DNA from: Candidatus Omnitrophota bacterium
GTDB taxonomy: Bacteria > Omnitrophota > Omnitrophia > Omnitrophales > Aquincolibacteriaceae
DNA length: 60,875 nt
NCBI GenBank assembly: GCA_043808175.1
Contig: JAZDFE010000030.1
Location: 1 to 60,875 of the forward strand
Direction of reading: 5' to 3'
Below are positions 58,572 to 60,875 of the stretch, in pieces; the stretch's first letter is position 1, and each line of letters opens with the position of its first letter. Below the pieces are notes generated by a model, which was given only the letters and a program-made list of their open reading frames with translations, searched no databases and was not told the DNA's origin. A program made the position numbers and the translations under genes.

Positions 58572-59381
58572 CTAGCTTTTTATCCAGGTTACGATTTCTT
58601 TGGCGATTTCTTCGATCGGAGTATCCTTAACAATACGCGTTTGGCGCTGCTGCTTGGGAAGCTCCACGCTTGCGAACTTGATGGCATCGGTCTTGAGCGC
58701 GGCCGCCTGCGCTTTCTGGAGGGCCGGCATGATGGTGCGCATATTCGTCATCCCCACCTGCGGATTATTCGGCGGCTCCGGGAGATTCCCGGTCGCCCAT
58801 CCGATCACGGCCGGAGCCCCGGCGCATGTAGAAACCTGATACTGCCCGCCTTCGATACGTTCAAGGATCTTGAAGGAGCCATCCGGCTGGACTTTAAGCT
58901 CGTCAGCCGCCAGAAACACATCACTGATCTCGAGCTGCTCCGCGATCATCTGCATCGTGGTTCCCGCGTCACGCGAAGCGGAGGAACAGCCGCCGAACAC
59001 GAGGAGTTTCGTCTTATCAAGCCCTGGGATTTTCTCGATCGCTCCGGCAAGCGCCGCCGCGACCTCTCTGGAATCCACAAAACCGCTCGCGGAACCATCA
59101 AGACACACGAGTTCGAACGGAACCTTTTGGGCGATGATCATCATGAGTTGTTGGAGTTTTGCTTTGGGCCCAAGGCTTACAAGCGTCACCTTGCTTCCCG
59201 GATTCTGTTTTGCGAGATGAGCGGCCTCAAAGAGCGAGTGCCCGGCCCACGGGTCAAGCACCGAGGGCAGCATCATTTCATTCTTAAGAGCGGGTCCGGT
59301 CGCCCCCTGGATCGGCTCCAGCGTTTGAAGCGGGTCCGGCACAAGACTCCCGCAGACTACGATATTAAAGACTGTGGTCAT
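58572..59381 (-). CDS. etfB: Divergent ETF beta subunit
   Basis: VPD, LDPWA, VSLGP, ERIEGG; upstream of the alpha gene. Confidence 0.75.
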   Translation of the reverse strand: MTTVFNIVVCGSLVPDPLQTLEPIQGATGPALKNEMMLPSVLDPWAGHSLFEAAHLAKQNPGSKVTLVSLGPKAKLQQLMMIIAQKVPFELVCLDGSASGFVDSREVAAALAGAIEKIPGLDKTKLLVFGGCSSASRDAGTTMQMIAEQLEISDVFLAADELKVQPDGSFKILERIEGGQYQVSTCAGAPAVIGWATGNLPEPPNNPQVGMTNMRTIMPALQKAQAAALKTDAIKFASVELPKQQRQTRIVKDTPIEEIAKEIVTWIKS

Positions 59382-59480
59382 ATTTTTTCCCTTATGGGTA
59401 AAAAGTTCATAGAGGTCGGACATTATAATGACGGTGTCCTGTTTCGGCTAGCGGAAAAACAGGCCGGGGATTGAAACGCG

Positions 59481-60248
59481 CTATTTTTCGATTTTTTGGA
59501 TAGCTTCCTTGGTATCAGCCTCAAAATGAGATCTTAGAAATTCTTCGCTCTCCGGAAGTTCCATCGAAAATTGATGGCTCCTGCCGATCTGAATGTGGGG
59601 TCCTTCCACTTGCAGATCAAGCACATGGCCGCCCAAGGTCCTTTCTTTGTTTAAGAAATGGAAATGATACCCCGGAACATTGATCCCCTCTACATAAGGC
59701 GGGAACCTGAATCCCACAAGCGTCCCTTCCTGATCCTTAAGTTCAAAAACCTTCTGCTCCTTGATAGCTTCGGTCAGGACCGGAAAGGGCTTATTTTGAC
59801 GAGATGCGCTGCGAACCTTGAGCGAAGGGAATCTCCCCGCGATCTTGATCGCATAGATCAGATTTTCTGACGGAAGATTTTCATCAAGGAATCCCGTCAA
59901 TTCTTTGTATCCCATCGCCCGCCCCGGAGATAGCTCCTGTTCGGCTTTGAAGAATGTCACGGTCGCAAACGGGCTCGTATCCCTCCCTTTCAGGAGATGC
60001 GCTTTTCCGTCCGATTTTATCTGATAAAAGACATGGCCCAGAACGATCATTTCTCCGTTGAGCGTATCGAGAGTTCCGACGCCGAAATCGCCGTGCTTCC
60101 CGAGATCATGGACACTCATCGTGCCTCTGTAGCATCCCGCCAAGAGAGCATTGATGGGTGCGTTTTGAAAAACAACGTCTTTGGGGCGTGAGGCGTGGAT
60201 GCAACCCGATGCGAATAGAAACGCGAAAAGTAAAGCGGCTTTTTTCAT
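59481..60248 (-). CDS. budA: Alpha-acetolactate decarboxylase with lipobox
   Basis: HGDFGVGT, GEMI, VPGYHFHF, GGHV; LFASGC lipobox. Confidence 0.92.
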   Translation of the reverse strand: MKKAALLFAFLFASGCIHASRPKDVVFQNAPINALLAGCYRGTMSVHDLGKHGDFGVGTLDTLNGEMIVLGHVFYQIKSDGKAHLLKGRDTSPFATVTFFKAEQELSPGRAMGYKELTGFLDENLPSENLIYAIKIAGRFPSLKVRSASRQNKPFPVLTEAIKEQKVFELKDQEGTLVGFRFPPYVEGINVPGYHFHFLNKERTLGGHVLDLQVEGPHIQIGRSHQFSMELPESEEFLRSHFEADTKEAIQKIEK

Positions 60249-60294
60249 GCTTTAAAGATCAGCGGAACTTGGAATGAAGCCCGCGGGTGACGGC

Positions 60295-60681
60295 TCAAGG
60301 ACCGACCAGAGGGAGCTCTTTTTCGATTTTGAAAATGACAAGATAACGGTCCTTGCCGTCCGATTCCTTTTCTTCATTACAAAGACAGCTGTGGCGCATC
60401 GTCTTGATGCGCTCGGAATTCTTCTCTTCCGAGACTTTCTTCAAAAAGAGCCTCTTCCCTTGATACATCCCCTGGGTTTCGATAAAAAGATAAGCTGCCT
60501 GAGGATTGGACTGAAGATTGTGATGCGTCAAACGGTCCGCCATGATGAAAGCAAGCGTCCCGTCCTGAAGCATGTGAGGCCGCGCGTAGAGCGCCGCGTC
60601 CACTTTACCGGAGTTGTCCGCCGTTGCAAGTACGCCGGTGCCTTTTGTTTTTTCAAAATATTCATGAAGGTCCATGGTCAT
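60295..60681 (-). CDS. Pyridoxamine 5'-phosphate oxidase-like FMN-binding protein
   Basis: GVLATAD, ALYARP, NLQSNPQA, PLVG. Confidence 0.85.
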   Translation of the reverse strand: MTMDLHEYFEKTKGTGVLATADNSGKVDAALYARPHMLQDGTLAFIMADRLTHHNLQSNPQAAYLFIETQGMYQGKRLFLKKVSEEKNSERIKTMRHSCLCNEEKESDGKDRYLVIFKIEKELPLVGP

Positions 60682-60722
60682 CTCCTTTGTTTTATCAAGC
60701 ACTTCCGCGAAACAATAAACCG

Positions 60723-60875
60723 CTAGTTGATATTGGAATGTAACCCGCCGGAACCGGCCCGGAAATCGACGTTGGTGAGATCACGACCCTCTTCGCGCGC
60801 GTAGGCGCAATTCCAGAGGCAAGCGGCGCAGTGAATGCATTTTTCGCGGTCGAAAAGCGGAACGCCGCCGTCGGA
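60723..60875 (-). CDS. C-terminal fragment of a 4Fe-4S (FixX-like) domain protein, cut by the window edge
   Basis: Manual translation: ...FDREKCIHCAACLWNC...DFRAGSGGLHSNIN*. Confidence 0.8.
   Translation of the reverse strand, partial: SDGGVPLFDREKCIHCAACLWNCAYAREEGRDLTNVDFRAGSGGLHSNIN

Overview
About 61 kb of bacterial chromosome, roughly 50-55% GC by eye. The gene style suggests an anaerobic diderm, possibly PVC-related such as Ca. Omnitrophota; this is inference only. Bases 0.4-11.3 kb hold an accessory signalling locus: a CHASE2 class III adenylate cyclase facing four signal-peptide FecR-domain paralogues with variable C-termini, plus a TPR/beta-barrel (Slam/DUF560-like) outer-membrane protein. 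The rest is mostly housekeeping: Ski2-like helicase, AddB-like nuclease, queD, EfpL-type EF-P, ispH, ispG, PPi-PFK, prfC, era, trxA, nth, greA, mqnE-like, thiC, thiD, rfaD, PilT-family ATPase, thrH, an ETF/ETF-QO cluster and acetolactate decarboxylase. The strongest unexplained signal is a family of dispersed palindromic elements built from ~40-bp hairpin modules. One 84-bp (28-codon) member sits in frame inside AddB and PFK, and at the start of the helicase, each time with a near-duplicated GNCAWR hexamer. Relatives form tandem and nested intergenic arrays with covarying stems. A second palindrome family is inserted twice in frame in an AhbAB-like gene. A promoter- and terminator-bounded ~80-nt sRNA candidate lies upstream of trxA. 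No rRNA, tRNA, CRISPR array or transposase was seen.
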